From Octopus sinensis (taxonomy: Eukaryota), in NCBI RefSeq assembly GCF_006345805.1, contig NC_042998.1:9672001-9736000 (forward strand): 64,000 nucleotides of DNA, written 5' to 3'. Below are positions 11,451-25,510 of this stretch, piece by piece. Below the pieces are notes generated by a model. The model worked only from the letters and a program-made list of their open reading frames with translations. It was not told the origin of the DNA and did not search any database. How positions within the stretch are numbered: the first letter of the stretch is position 1; every line of letters starts with the position of its first letter. A program made the position numbers and the translations under genes.

Positions 11451-14269
11451 ATCCATCTATTGCACAACTTCATTTTTTAAAAGTTCTTTAAGCTTAATAT
11501 AATTTGTTGAAGTAAAGAGCTGTCCAACCCATGCCAGCATGGAAAGCGGACGCTAAACGATGATGATGATGATGATGATGATGAAAGGTGGAAATTTACT
11601 TTAAATATGATCACTTAGAGTGATCTGATATTGACAGCAGCCAATTTTATATAGATCAATTTTCAAGAAATACACATAAAATATTCAAATATCCATAAAA
11701 CATTCAGAATGTCGAAAAGATTTGTCACTAGACAGTTGAGTTCACAACTCACTTATTGTAGAGCTGCTCTCCTAATCAGTCATCCTTTGAATGTATTTAT
11801 TATAATCTACTGACACAGATTACGCAATATGTACATGGGTGGTTGTGGGGCCTAGAAAGCTTCAATCCAGCTAATCTATTCTGTCATTAAGAGAGAGTAA
11901 GACAGAGGAGCTCATAAAGGCTGGTGCTTTGCAAGCTCTCTCAAACTGGTGTGGTCGAAGCAGAAGATGTTCAGCTTGATATCTGTTGGGGAAATATAAA
12001 TCATCATCATCATCATTGTTCGACCGTGGTCGAGACAATGGAATTTACCATGCTACGCCAGACTTCACAGTCCATCATAGCATTACGGAGGTCCTGTTGC
12101 TGGATGCCTGTATCCCTGGAGATTACATCAGGGTAGGAGAGTATAAATAGAGGGGAGTTTTAGAGGACTGCAGTTTGGGATAGAAAAATAAAAGGTGAAG
12201 TATTTAATGTGTGGTTAGCCATGGTAGTGAGAACCAGGTGAGACTATACAATATGTCTTATCCCCAAGTAGGGCATCTTCTCCAAATTTACTATCTACAG
12301 GCATATTGCTGTTTCCAACTCTCAAAGATGATGGGAAAAGTTATAAATAACCACTTCCTTTATCACCTTAAATTCCCTTCTCTGTACAATGATCACCTTC
12401 CACAAAGGCATGAATTACTATACATACACTCACTACACGTCCCCTCTTTTCCATCTTCCACTCTCCTTTTGCAATCTTACAAACTTACCCATCCACTCAC
12501 TCTACCCAAACCCTGGTTCAACTTCACTTATATACACTATCCTGTAACTTGAGTGCATGCTCTGTCACACCATCACCATCTTATCATCCTCCTTTCTCTC
12601 TTTTCAGCTGAAGTAGATATGGATCCCTTCTACTGCAAGACATCCATTTCTGCTCCTCTATTCATACTCTAATCTTTCATTACCTGGCACAAAGCCACCT
12701 CCCTTAATACTACACCCCGCCTCAGTTACTTGGTGATCTTACTGGCTCTTGGTGCCATATAAAAAAACACAGAGTACACTCTGCAAAGTGGTTGGCATTA
12801 GGAAGGGCATCCAGCCACATGCTAAAACATACAGTAGAACCTGGGGTAGTTCCCTCACTTGCCAGCTCCTGTCAAACCATTTAACCTATGCCAGCATGGA
12901 AGGAGGACATTAAATGATGATTACTTCAGCCTACAACGATTTCTGACACTCTACAAACCATAACTGCAGGTCATAATGAAGTATTGTACTCACATCTAAA
13001 ACCATGTAGCTGCTGCACACACAGACATCCTAGGCCACATCCAGAAAAAAAAGTCATCTGACCGATTGGCTTAAAATTACTAAGACATGCTCCAGCTCTG
13101 GCTCACTGTCTCCTTGCCTCTGCCTTTTCTGCTGCAATCATAATAGCCTTGGCTCCTCAGAGCAGACTACCCTCAGGCCATCCTCTTTCAGGATTTTATG
13201 TTCTACTTGCCCAACATCTGCTAATCCCCTTTGTTGTGTCCAAACACACCAGGTCCTGCACTAATTACTATACTGAGTCCTTCCTTCCATTCCAGAACAT
13301 TAACTCTCTGGGATTTCCTCTTTCCTTTTTCCCCCACATGTGATGACAAGCAAAGAGTCAAAAGGTATCAATTTCACCAGTTTAGAAGAGCTTGAGATCT
13401 GGAACACTACCCCTTGCTCCAAAACCAGCAAATAAAAAAAAACACTTCTAGTTATCAAGGGTAAAAGAGTAAAGACCCGCTTTGGTCATGAATGACCATG
13501 GGATTGCACCTAGAAAGTTCCTCTCTCAGGCACAATCCAGGCAAGGCTGTCTATGGAAGACCAACAGTTGGCCATGTATACCAGTCTCCCCTCTCTGTGC
13601 AACTGATGTTATCCAAGGGAAAGGCAGAAGCTGATGCAGCTCGGCACCAGTGATGGCGCAACTCATTTCTACAGCTGAGTGAATGTAAAATAAAGTGTCT
13701 TGCTCAAGAACAAAACACACAACCTGATCCAGGAATCAAACTCACTACCTCATGATTGTGAGCCCAACGCTGTAACCACTGAGCCATGTGCCTTCACTTC
13801 TAATCATCATTACCATTTTAATATCCACTTTTCCACGCTTGCATGGGTGAATGGAATTTGTTGAGGTAAATTTTCTCTTGCTGAATCCTCTTCCGGTCAC
13901 TAAAATCCAATGCTTTGAAGCAAGGTAATCCATGCTCCGTCCAACCCATGCTAGCATGGAAAACAGACGGTAAACGATGATGATGATGATGATCAAACAT
14001 GTTTTAACAGAAGATTGAAAAGAAGGACATCATTTGCATAATGGTAACATCTGTTTAGAACTGTCATGCAATGTAAGGTTAAGGAAACTATCACACACAC
14101 ACAAGCTTCTTTCAGCTTACAAATCCATTCACAAGGCTTAGGTCAACCTGGACTGGTGTTATGCAGTGGGACTGAACCTGAAACTATGTGGTTGGGAAGC
14201 AAATTTCTGAACTACACAGCCATGCCTTCACCTATGCTTAATTAATTGCATTCTATAAATAAGAAATAG

Positions 14270-14301
<32 letters not shown>

Positions 14302-14303
<2 letters not shown>

Positions 14304-14580
14304 AGGTGCAATGGCCCAGTGGTTAGGGTAGCGGACTCGCAGTTTTGATTCCCAGACCGGGCGTTGTGAGTGTTTATTGAGCGAAAACATCTAAAAGCTC
14401 CATGAGGCTCCAGCTAGGGGTGGTGATCCCTGCTGTACTCTTTCACCACTCTTTCTTCTGTTGGCCTGCTCGCTCAGCCAGCGGGGTGGCGTCATTTGAA
14501 GGCTAAAACAATGCGAACGCATTGTGACCAGCGATGTGTAACTACATCTGATGGACTGGTCGGTCACGTGATCACGTGAT
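14302..14580 (+). mobile_element. SINE family C inserted in (TA)n
   Basis: head near-identical to 11068. Confidence 0.8.
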
Positions 14581-15456
14581 ATATATACTCCTGATAACAG
14601 AAACCTCATCCATCCAATTAACCCACAATCCCACCACCTTCCTCTAAAATAGCAACAGCTCCTGATAGTCGTCATCCAATGGGGAGCAGATCATTCACTA
14701 ATTCTTTATCATCAATTCAATGTAGATGTTATATATTTCAAAGAAATATACAACATTTAATTAAAGCAGTCACATACTAAAACTCATATATACTGATCAT
14801 TATTTTTTCTTTCTTAAGTTTCATGTAGTTGGTATTCAACCCTAGGTCAACCTTCATTAAGCACACTTAATATCAGACATTCATGCCATGACCACCCAGA
14901 TGCACTACATTATTTAATGTGGCTTTTCCTTATTTAAGACAATAGGATGTGATCTGAGGGAGATTCAGAGACTATTTTCAACAGTTTGAGTGACCACATG
15001 GAAGCTTCTTGATGTTAACAGACTACAACAAAATCTGATTATTTCTTTAGCCATAAGCACTTACTAACAATCTACAAAAAGATCAAATATGCCACACTAT
15101 AGGTTGTTATTTTCCCTTTAGACTACACAAATCTTTTATTCACTGATCCAGTAAACTCTGAATTCATAAAACTGAGTAGAACTTGAACTAAGAATGATTC
15201 AGTGGATGTGTAAAAAGGATGAGTGCAAATGAATTGATAAAGTAGTTGGGCACAGAAGATATTATTGACGGAAGTCTGTAGCTAAGAAAACTGCACTTGG
15301 TTTGACGTGCAAGATAAATCATTATGGTAGCATTGAAGCACGAAAGATGCCTAAGATTACGTATAGTTCACAATGGATGTCATAGAAAAGATAGGGAGAA
15401 AAATGCTGTATAGTTCACCAGTCCAGTCGATACCAGACAGAAAAATAGATGATTAA

Positions 15457-15795
15457 TCCTTTTGGTATCAACCCACTTGGAACCACCCCAGGCTCCGTGA
15501 CACAAACTTCTTGTTTTAAAATAATCTAAATTAAAACATTCCATCAAAAATTCTCGTTATGTTCCAAACACCTACTTAATAATGACAAAGTTATTTTAGT
15601 TTAATTTTTCATCATTTTCAAAACTAATTTAAACAAAGGTAGAAACTCTGCCAGATCAGATTGGAGCCTGGTGCCGCCATCTGGTTCGCCAGCCCTCAGT
15701 CAAAATCGTCCAACCCATGCCAGCATGGAAAGCGGACGTTAAATGATGACGACGATGATATAGTATATTTCAACAGAAATGTGGTGACAAAAGGG
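15457..15795. mobile_element. piggyBac-type MITE with a nested RTE tail (15660-15758)
   Basis: TTAA|TCCTTTTG ... CAAAAGGG|TTAA. Confidence 0.55.
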
Positions 15796-16435
15796 TTAAA
15801 TCATTATTTTACCACCTGTTTGTCAAAGTTGGAAGGTCAGACAGATTTACTATACAAGATATTACTTTTTCTTATAATTATGTGAGGCTTTGTACCACAA
15901 AACCTCACCTCGCTTTGTCTTTGTGTACTCCACCTCTTCCTCCTCTGCCTCATCATCATTTAGCATTTGTTTTCCATGCTGGCGTGAGTAAGATGGTAAG
16001 ATGGTTTGACTGAGAGCTGCACTGGGCTCCAGTTTGTTTTGATTTGGTTTCTATGGCTGGATGCCCTTCCTAACACCAACCACTCCAGAGTGTACTGGGT
16101 GTCTTTTACATGTCACCAGTGCTGGCAATGACTACAATTTCACTTAGCTAGATATGTCCACTCAAATAAAGTGAATCACCAAAGGTCTTGGTCACTTCGA
16201 GAGACTCTCCATCACTGGTATACGCCACTTTTGACATTGTTAGTCCAACCATTTCTTCTACACATATTAGCCAGAGTATTTGAAGTCCATTTACTTTCTC
16301 ACCTCAGTTGCACTCCAATCCTTTGATACAACTTAACATTACATATCAAACAACTCATTTTTTTGGCCTCTGCATTCTGCCATACAGCAAGTCCTTCCTT
16401 ACTACATTTCTTACAACCATCAGCAGTACTAATTA

Positions 16436-16597
16436 CCGTATTTTAACATGTATAAGGAACCCCTTTTTGTCAAAAATTAGGTTTAAAAAATATGGGAGTT
16501 TCTTATACATGGATAGTATTATAATCCTTTACAAAACCTTTTTTCCAAATTTTAAGCCCCCCAAATTAGGGGGTTCCTTATACACGTTAGAATATGG
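16436..16597. mobile_element. Tc1/pogo-type MITE
   Basis: TA|CCGTATTTTAACATGTATAAG ... CTTATACACGTTAGAATATGG|TA imperfect TIRs. Confidence 0.65.
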
Positions 16598-16761
16598 TAA
16601 GTTGCTTAGGTGACAGAAATTATCTCTTACTTCTAATAAGTCACCTGAGCTGTGCACATTATACAGGTGTCCTTGCTGATACTATCCTTGTATTTCTAAA
16701 GTCTTGGTTCCATGTCAACCTGCTCGAGATTCTACTAAAACTATTATGTACCCATTTCTAA

Positions 16762-17159
16762 TCTTTATATATAAAAGTGAAGTTGTGTGCTGTCTGTCTC
16801 CTACGATTTAGATTCCTAACTACTCCCACATTTTGCGGTGCAGTTTAACCAAAACCGGGTATCTTATAGTCGTGATTCATATCGAGCCCTTCTGGGTATT
16901 AGCGCGCGTCTACGATGAGTCTACGATTTAAAAAAAAATTTACCATCAATTTTTCCCATTTTGAATGCATTTTTTTGCTATTATATAAGGGAAGTAACTC
17001 TCTAAAAATTTATTATTAAATCTCAGAACGTAAAAAGCTACAGTAACACCCCCCTTTGTGGTTATCCATATTGAGATGGCTATTATACTTTACATCTCTA
17101 AAAATGCTTATATAGTTATTTCCCTTACAAACCCGAGCAACGCCGGGTGATACTGCTAG
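16762..17159 (+). mobile_element. non-autonomous Helitron
   Basis: A|TC 5' end, CCCG-AGCAACGC-CGGG subterminal hairpin 17132-17147, CTAG|T 3' end, no TSD. Confidence 0.8.
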
Positions 17160-17344
17160 TATTGAATACACAGTAAACTGAGTTCTTGTTTAAACCTTTT
17201 TGACACACTTAACAAGAATGTACTGGTTTTGATCCACTATAATTCTGCATTTTGAACTATCTCAAGGATTATAGTAAAGAGATTGATGATAAGGATGGAT
17301 TCAGGCCGAATAGCCACATATACACTAAATTTTACAAAGTTGAA

Positions 17345-17541
17345 CCTGTGCGGGTGGCACGTAAAAAGCACCCACTACACTCACAGAGTGGTTGGCGTTA
17401 GGAAGGGCATCCAGCCGTAGAAACACTGCCAGATCTGACTGGGCCTGATGCAGCCTTCTGGCTTCACAGACCCCAGTTGAACCGTCCAACCCATGCTAGT
17501 ATGGAAAGCGGATGCTAAATGGTGATGATGTGATGATGATG
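17345..17541 (+). mobile_element. RTE 3'-end-only copy
   Basis: GTGGTTGGCGTTAGGAAGGGCATCC...(GAT)n. Confidence 0.85.
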
Positions 17542-18159
17542 AACTACTCTCACGAGCGGTTCATCTACCACGAATTCAGGTCGTCTCTACTGGATAAATC
17601 TTTCTTCCTTACAAAGCAACATTCATGGACTTTGTTCTAATTTGGGGCCCCACCCTTCACTTTTTACAAATACACAATCATACATCCTATTTTTCTAAGA
17701 CTCAGTACTTATCTCTAGCTCATCTCTGCTGCCCAAGCTATATGCTATATAGTCCATTAGTAAGATGGTTTCTGTGTACATGAACCCACTCAGATACAAA
17801 AGAGATAAAAACACACAAAATGCCCTGTCAGTTACTCTAGCATAAATCTCTCTTCCCCAAGCCTTCAAATTCATTTTGCCATCTTTGTCAATCTCTAGCT
17901 CCAAAATGATAGCAGCTAAGTGACCGTCTCATTTTCTATTATATCCTTCTCCCCCTACGAAGTTCATATCCTCTGCCATTCTTAAATCCTTGGTTCATTC
18001 ATTATCATCACCAATATGTGTCCCTAACCAATACAGATATGCCAAGCATTCATCATCTAATTTCAGATAATTTCTTAAATGATTTTCCTTCAGAGGATGG
18101 GTAATTCACCCGAAATGCAAAGAATTAAATAATTAATTCACATTTTTCAATATTCTGCA

Positions 18160-18510
18160 TGCATAAGCTTGCTTCCCAACCACATGGTTCCAGGTTCAGT
18201 CTTACTGTGTGGCACCTTGGGCAGTGTCTTCTTCTTTAGCCTTGGGCAGACCAAAGCCTTGTGAGTAGATTTGGTAATCAGAAACTGAAAGAAGCCCACT
18301 GTGTGTGTGTGTGTCCTTGTTACCCCATCACTGCTTGACAACCGGTGTTGGTGTGTTTACATCCCTGTAGCTTCATGGTTCGGCAAAAGAGACCAACAGA
18401 ATAAGTTTTAGGCTATAAAAAAAATAAGTCCTGGAGTCAATTTGTTTGACTAAAATCCTTCAAGGTGGTGCTCCAGCATGGCCACAGTCATATGACTGAA
18501 ACAAAAAATA
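18160..18510 (+). mobile_element. SINE family A, diverged
   Basis: B-box, core and 3' body recognisable. Confidence 0.75.
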
Positions 18511-20000
18511 TGTGTGTGTGTGTGTGTGTGTGTCTCATCATCATCATCAGTTTAAAGTTCACTTTTCCATGCTTCCATGGGCCAAATGGAATTTATTGAG
18601 AAAGATTTTCTACAGCCAGGTCGCATTGTCATCTTCAACTCTCACCTCTGTCCAAGTCAAGTAATATTCCCATGAGACACAAATATACACACATTTATCC
18701 ATTCACATATGTATACATAGAACTGTGGACCAAGTAAATCAAGTTTACTTTCAGGACTAAAGGTACTTACTGAACAAACTTAGATAATCTACCATTGTTT
18801 TGTGAATACCAACAAACTTAAATGCTAGCTTTCAACAGTGTAACTTTAGGAAGTTTGGTTGTTGTATAGTATGATAATATGGAGGTACTTGTCTATGTGT
18901 GAATGCACTTATATGCTCACTTCAGTGCCTTAGTGAACGGATATGAGTATGCATATATGTATGGCTACTTAGAGTTTGTGTAGTGTACATGAGTATGTGT
19001 AAGTACAATATATATGATGTTAAAGTATGCACATGATAGGGGGAGGACTACAGAAATTTTTATGAACATGCTATGTTTGTACTCTAGGTGTAACAGCTAG
19101 GAACTGATGTGGCCAACCAGCGCAAAAATTTCCATGCATGTGCAAGGAAGGGTGGCACCACCTCCCAAAGGATTCAGCCCATGTGGCATTAGTTTTGGAA
19201 GGAAAGAATAAAGTTGAATAATTTTTTAATGCACCTCGTATGTGTGTATGCAAGACCCACATGGGATGTTCAAGGTCAGGATCCACACCACAGTGCCAAG
19301 AACATTTGTGCTCCTGATTTAGGTAAGGAATTTGCACAGACCCTTCACACCAAATATCGGAAGCTCACCTGAAACACCAAATGCCAGAAACACAAACTAG
19401 GTACATTTAGTGATATTGTTTATGTAACTTGTAGGGACACCTGTCGAATAAAATTACCAAGAATAAAAACACTTCCTCAGAAAGAAAAGGGATGTCAAGA
19501 AACAAAGGTAAATGGAGATCAGATTTCAGGTCAGGAGAAGCTTTGGAAAGATTTGAAAGCAAAACACAATGCCTTTCAGAAAAGCAGAATCAGAGAGAAA
19601 GAAAAGTATAAAGAAGAAGACCCAAGATCACTTCTTCAGGAGCCCCTTCCAATTTGCCAAGAAACAATGTAAGCAGCCAAAATCTGGGACACTCACAGTG
19701 AATAAAGAAACATTTGAACAGCATCTGAAGAAAACTTATTCTGATTCTCTTTGTAAGGCATCACTTGAGATCCAGGGTCTGGTGTGGCAGACAATGCCAG
19801 AGGACATGTTCAACAACAAACCGCCAGCTCTCAGCGAAATAAAGAAATTATTCAGAAAGCTAAAGCCAAATCATTATCTGGGCCAAATGAGATTCCTTAT
19901 CTGCCATATAAAAGGTGTCTCAATCTTCTTGTATGGTTCCAAAAGTTAAGGTCAGCAGAGAGGAACCTGAAGATCAGCAACCAGTGGATGATAGCTATTC

Positions 20001-20412
20001 ATACTACTTTACTTGTTTCAGTCATTTGACTGCGGCCATGCTGGAGCACCGTCTTTTAGTCGAGCAACTCGACCCCGAGACTTATTCTTTTTGTAAGCCC
20101 AGTACTTATTCTATCGGTCTCTTTTTGCCGAACCACTAAGTGACGGGGACGTAAACACACCAGCATCGGTTGTCAAGCAATGCGAGGGGACAAACACAGA
20201 CACACAAATACACACACATACATATACATATATATATATACATATATACGACAGGCTTCTTTCAGTTTCCGTCTACCAAATCCACTCACAAGGCATTGAA
20301 TGGCCCGGGGCTATAGCAGAAGACACTTGCCCAAGATGCCACGCAGTGGGACTGAACCCAGAACCATGAGGTTGGTTAGCAAGCTACTTACCACACAGCC
20401 ACTCCTGCGCCT
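20001..20412 (-). mobile_element. SINE family A nested in the Hero-like element
   Basis: full-length copy. Confidence 0.88.
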
Positions 20413-21213
20413 CATGTGTATATTCCCAAAGAAGAAAACTCATTGTAATATCAATCCGTTCAGACTAACATTGCTTCTGAATGCTGAAGAGAAAAGATCT
20501 CTTACGGCAGAAAGGTACACGAGATACTTTACAGATAAAAACCATGTCAGTCCTGAAAGGAGGCATTCCAGGAGTGTCTTGATGCACAGAGCATAACTCA
20601 ATGATTTAGCAAGCAATCCAGAGAGCTAGAGCAGAAAGGAAGGACCTCGATGTCTTGTGGATTAGTCCCACACAAGATGATCCAACTGGCTCTTGTGATG
20701 AATCATGTGCCAAAGGACTTCCAAGAAATGTTGGAAAAGTACTTTAATGGCTTCTCAATGCATTTCTCCATAAAGAATTTCACAACAGCCATCTTCATGG
20801 TAGTTGTGAGTGGTTAGGAGACATATAGCAAATGCCCCTTCTGAGAGCCTTTATGGATGACACTACAGTACTGTCCACAAGGGAAGATGAGGCACACAGG
20901 ATGCTGAAGCAGTTAGACAAAGTAGTCAACTCATCCAAAGTGAGCTTCAAAACCTCCAAAGTCACAGAGTCACTCACACAAAAAAGGAAAATAGTGGATA
21001 AAATCTCATTTCAACGGTAGTAAAAGAATTAGTCAAGGGCTCTGGAAGAAGATGACATCACTGAATGATACAGAAAGGGAAAGAAAACCAAGCAAGTGAT
21101 AGAGGAGAGCTTGCAGACAACAGACTTATGTGGCCTCTTTAGCAAATGTGAAGTTTAGTGCCTGCAGTTCATACAGATACCAAATTTCCTTTAGCTTTGC
21201 TGATATATGAACT

Positions 21214-21750
21214 ATCATCATCGTCATTGTCGTTTAACGTCTGCTTTCCATGCTAGCATGGGTTGGATGATTTGACTGAGGGTTGGCGAACCAGATGGCT
21301 GCACCAGGCTCCAATCTTGATCTGGTAGAGTTTCTACAGCTGGATGCCCTTCCTAACGCCAACCACTCCGCAGCACGGAGGCCAGTCAGGCGGTACTGGC
21401 AACAACCTCACTCGAATCTTTTTACACATGCCACCGGCACAGGTGCCAGTAAGGCGATGCTGGTAACGATCACGCTCGAATAGTGCCTTTTACGTGCCAC
21501 TGGCACGGAAGCCAGTTAGCTGCTCTGTCAACAATCACACTCGCATGGTGCTCTTTGAACCCCGCAAGCACAGATGCCAGTCATCAATTTATTTTGATTT
21601 CACTTGCCTCAACAGGTCTTCGCAAGCATAGTTTAGTGTCCAAAGAAGGAAAAGGTATACATAAGTGGGCTGGTTATGCCCCTGGCATAGGCCACGAGGT
21701 TATGGTCTCATTTGGCTTGCCGGGCCTTCTGAAGCACAGCATATTTCCAA
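21214..21750 (-). mobile_element. RTE 3'UTR copy nested in the Hero-like element
   Basis: same tail block; interrupts Hero-like coding between LLIYE and VEMMEPKI. Confidence 0.82.
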
Positions 21751-24354
21751 ATGTCTTGGTCGTGGAAATGATGGAACCCAAAATTAATAAATACACCAGG
21801 AAATGACTTAGTATCCCACCTGATCTCACTGGTATTACTTTCAACTGTTGCCAAGCAAAGCTGAAGCTATCCCTGAAGTCCATCGAGGAAGAATACAAGG
21901 CGTGAAAAGTAAGGCTTTTGAATATGCTTGAGGTTTTAGGTGAGGTCATAAGGTCAATTCAACCTAAGCTGAGAACTGGCAAGAAATGGAAGATTCAGGA
22001 GGCAATGAATGCAATAAAAAAAGAGGTTTGAATTCAGGAAAATAATGGGACATACTCAGACCAAAAGGTGGATACTAGACTCAATGGAGAGACATGGCAA
22101 TTTAACAAGTGTGGGAGAAGAGGATGCCAAGAGATTCCAGAAGGACTAACTGGAACAGTGGACAATGTGGGAGAGTGCACTCCAAAGAAATTTCAGCTGG
22201 AATGACATATGGCTCCTTCAGGTCTGCATATGATCTCCTGCCCTCAAATACAGACCTGGTGAGGTGGTGGAAATTAGATAACCCTACAAGCCCATTCTGC
22301 TAAGGCAAACAATCAGTGGAACATGTCCTGAGCTTATGCATTAACCCAAGGGAGACACTCATGGAGGTATAATCAAGTACTTGAAGATCTTACATGTGAT
22401 TTGCATCATGGGAAAGAAGATGATGTCATTGGAAGCTCCACTGATGTTCTAGACAGCAGGCTGTAAAAAACTGTGGCCTGGAACAGCTGCAAATTGGATC
22501 ATGAAAGCAGGATCTACTGGATGGAGTTGATAACTAGGAGTGCTCAGCAGACTTTCCAGAATGGAAAAATCACCAGGACTGGTATGAGACTGGATATTGT
22601 ACTCAGCTCACTTTCATCAAAAAAAGTGATTCTGCTTGAACTCACTCAGTCATCTGAATACTGGAAGGAGGAAGCTCACATCAACAAGGCTAAAAAATAT
22701 GACAGTTTAGCCATTAGACATAGAGGATCTGCCTTGCAAACCAAAGTCCTCACCCCACAGAGGTGTGAGTGCAAGAGGGATTGTGGGCAAATCTGCTTAT
22801 GATCCCATGGGAGAGAGAGAACCAAAGTTCTTAAAGCAATGGCAGAAGTAGCTGAGAAGAGTTCTAACTTTGTATGGTTAAGAAAGAATGCAAGTGAGAT
22901 TCATAAGGCATGATTTACCCTGAAGTCAACTGATGTCTCAGACTGAACTTGTTATAACACTCAACCTTGGATTTGAGGCACCTTAACCAGCCAGGAAGGT
23001 TGCAAAGCACACAATAGTACAGAGTGTAGCAGCAGAGGGGTATCCAGGAGTCATGATCTGGCTGTGGTCCTATCCTCTTAGATTGTTTGGATCGAAAGCA
23101 CTTGCATGAGGTGGGGCTTATTCTCTGAAAGCCTTTTGTTGTTCAGCTCTTCCTAGAGTTTCTTACTAATTTGAGGGAGGTGGCTTTATGCTAAGTGATG
23201 AGAGGTTAAAGTATGATACAGTGACAGAAACACACACACACACACATCATCATCATTTAATGTCCATTTTCCATGCAGGTATAGGTTGGGTGGTTGGACA
23301 GGATTTGGCAAGCTGCAGGGCTTCATTGAGCTCCATTGTCAGTTTTGGTATGGTTACTACGATTGGGTGCCCTTTCTACTGTCAACCACTTTACGTGTGC
23401 TGGGTGCTTTTCTTGTTTCTCAACACAAATGAGGTTGCCAAATACTCCTGACCACTAAGTGGAGGGAGTATTTGAGAGTGGAGCTGTTGAGCGGCAAGTG
23501 TTGAGAGGCTGAAGTACAATAGGGGAATAAGCACAAGTATCTTGCTATAGAGAAGATACATGGTTACCAAGCATTATAGAAGGGTGGGAGTTGCTGGGAA
23601 GAAGATAAACATGGTCATGGTCAGGTGCCAGAGCGACCTTAGAAGAAAGAAGATGAGCATAAGATATAAACAGTGAATCAAGGGAGAGGGTTGGTAGTTT
23701 CTTAAGAGATGATTAGAAATGGGGATGAAGGTAAATATAGTGAGTGATGAACGAAGGTGGAGGTATAGTTAATGGTAAATACCAGTATGGACAAAGGGGA
23801 TGGTAACATGGAAGATAGAAGTGGCTCAGTAAGGGAGACAGATCAGAAATTAGGGGGAAGATGTGCAAGGTGTAGGAATGGAGAGGAAGGAGATATTGAG
23901 GTACATAAGGGTGGTTCTGGAGAGTGGGGTTGTGATGGCAGACATGGAGGGCATTAAGAATGTTAGCAGATATGTGAGGTGTTAAGATGTGGTACGGCAG
24001 AGGGGAGGAAGAAATAACAGAAGGCACAGAAAGGTGTTGGTAAGTGAAAATAATGTAGGAAGGGATGGAAGTGGTTCCAGAGGGTAACAGGTAGTAGGAA
24101 GTGATATATACTAGTTCTGATTATATATTTCTTTACTACCCACAAGGGGCTAAACAAGGACAGACAAACGGATTAAGTCGATTATATTGACCCCAGTGAA
24201 CTGATACTTAATTTATCGACCCCGAGAGGATGAACGGTAAAGTCGACTTCGGCGGAATTTGAACTCAGAACGTAACAGCTTCGCATTTCGCCCGGACTAC
24301 AGTATTGGATTAGTGTCATAGACAGCACACACATATATTATTACTATTATTTCA

Positions 24355-25465
24355 GCATCTCCAGTAACATGAAACAGGGATGCGTACTCACCCTACTACC
24401 CACTCTTGTCCAACTTCTTCTTTGTGTAAGTACTATTCTACACAGTGAAAGACTCAGACCTGGGCATGTATATCAAATATCTCTCACAGCTCTGTTTTTG
24501 ACCTCTGCTCAAACACAGTGGAAAAGCTCATCACTGAAGTTTTTGCAGATGATTGAGCCCTTATGGCACACAAAGGAAAGCACCTGCAGACCATTGCTGA
24601 TTGCTTCACAGAAGCGTCAAGGCTCTTTGGACTGGCCATCAGCCTTGAGAAAATGGAAGTTCTAGTCCAAGCAGCCCCGAATACAATTTTTCCCCCAGTC
24701 AAACATCACTATCGAGTGAGTCCAACTGAAGTGTGTGGAGAACTTCAAGTACCTTGGCAGCACAATTTCAGCTGATGGATCACTGGACAGCAAAATCTCA
24801 TCCAGAATCCACAAGGCTAGTCCAGCACTCGGAAGACTGAAAATGAAATTCCTCCAGCAGAAAGGCATCAGATTGTCGACAAAGCTGTAGTCATCTCTAC
24901 ACAACTATATGGATGTGAAACAGGGACCCCATACCACCGGCATATCAAACAGCTGGAACAGTTTCACATAAGGGCACTGTACAGGATCATGGTCATTCGC
25001 TGGCAGGACAGAGCTGGTTCAACAAGCGTTGAGTCAATGTTGCTGAAGGCTCAGCATCAGAATCACTGATAGCTGTATGCCCAAACAGCTGTTGTATGAT
25101 GAGCTTTCTCAGGGCTCATGCAAAAAGGAAGTCCTAAACTGTGGCATGAGGACATCCCAAAAAGCAACCTGAAATGGAGTGAACTTGAAGCCTCTACCAC
25201 AGACAGATCAGCATGGAGGCCTCTCAACTCATGAGCAGCAACTGCCTTTGAAGAGGACCAGTGACAGCGTCTCACTGCTGCAACAGAAAGACATTGTGAG
25301 CATCCGTCTCAATCCAGTCAACAAACTATTGTTGTAACAGCTGTGGGTGCCTGCGTGCTTCCAGCTGTGGACTGCAGAATCACATGTACTCTCATCGCTG
25401 AGAACACAAGACTTTATCATCATTGGATACCAATGGACTACCATCATTATTATTATTATTTATAA
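24355..25465 (+). mobile_element. decayed BovB-like RTE 3' fragment
   Basis: KQGCVL.L.PTL, FGLAISLEKMEVL.Q, VENFKYLGSTIS.DGSLD, QLEQFH.R.L..IM.IRWQD; (TAT)n tail ~25446-25461. Confidence 0.78.
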
Positions 25466-25510
25466 CAGTCTGATTTGGTTCCATGTGACTTAAAGTTTCG
25501 CAGGCTTCTA

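Larger units (their letters stand above)
19440..22900 (+). mobile_element. decayed RLE-type non-LTR retrotransposon, Hero-like (R2 superfamily)
   Basis: ordered motifs FF.SPFQFAK, GPN.IPYL.YKRC, LRAFMDDTTV (~20850), SAYDLLP, CCHC-like knuckle (~22295-22340), LDIVL...VILLELT...EEAH..K.KKY; stops/frameshifts; SINE and RTE inserts. Confidence 0.8.

Noticed and set aside
17540-18120. Coding-like minus-strand stretch (ORF 17695-17904; similar texture at 340-600)
   Set aside because: Interrupted by stops, no splice pair or diagnostic motif; probably an old TE fragment that I cannot classify
18771-18824. Possible 54-nt minus-strand coding exon (FKFVGIHKTMVDYLSLF)
   Set aside because: Good GTAAGT donor but no pyrimidine tract at the acceptor and no homology I can recognise
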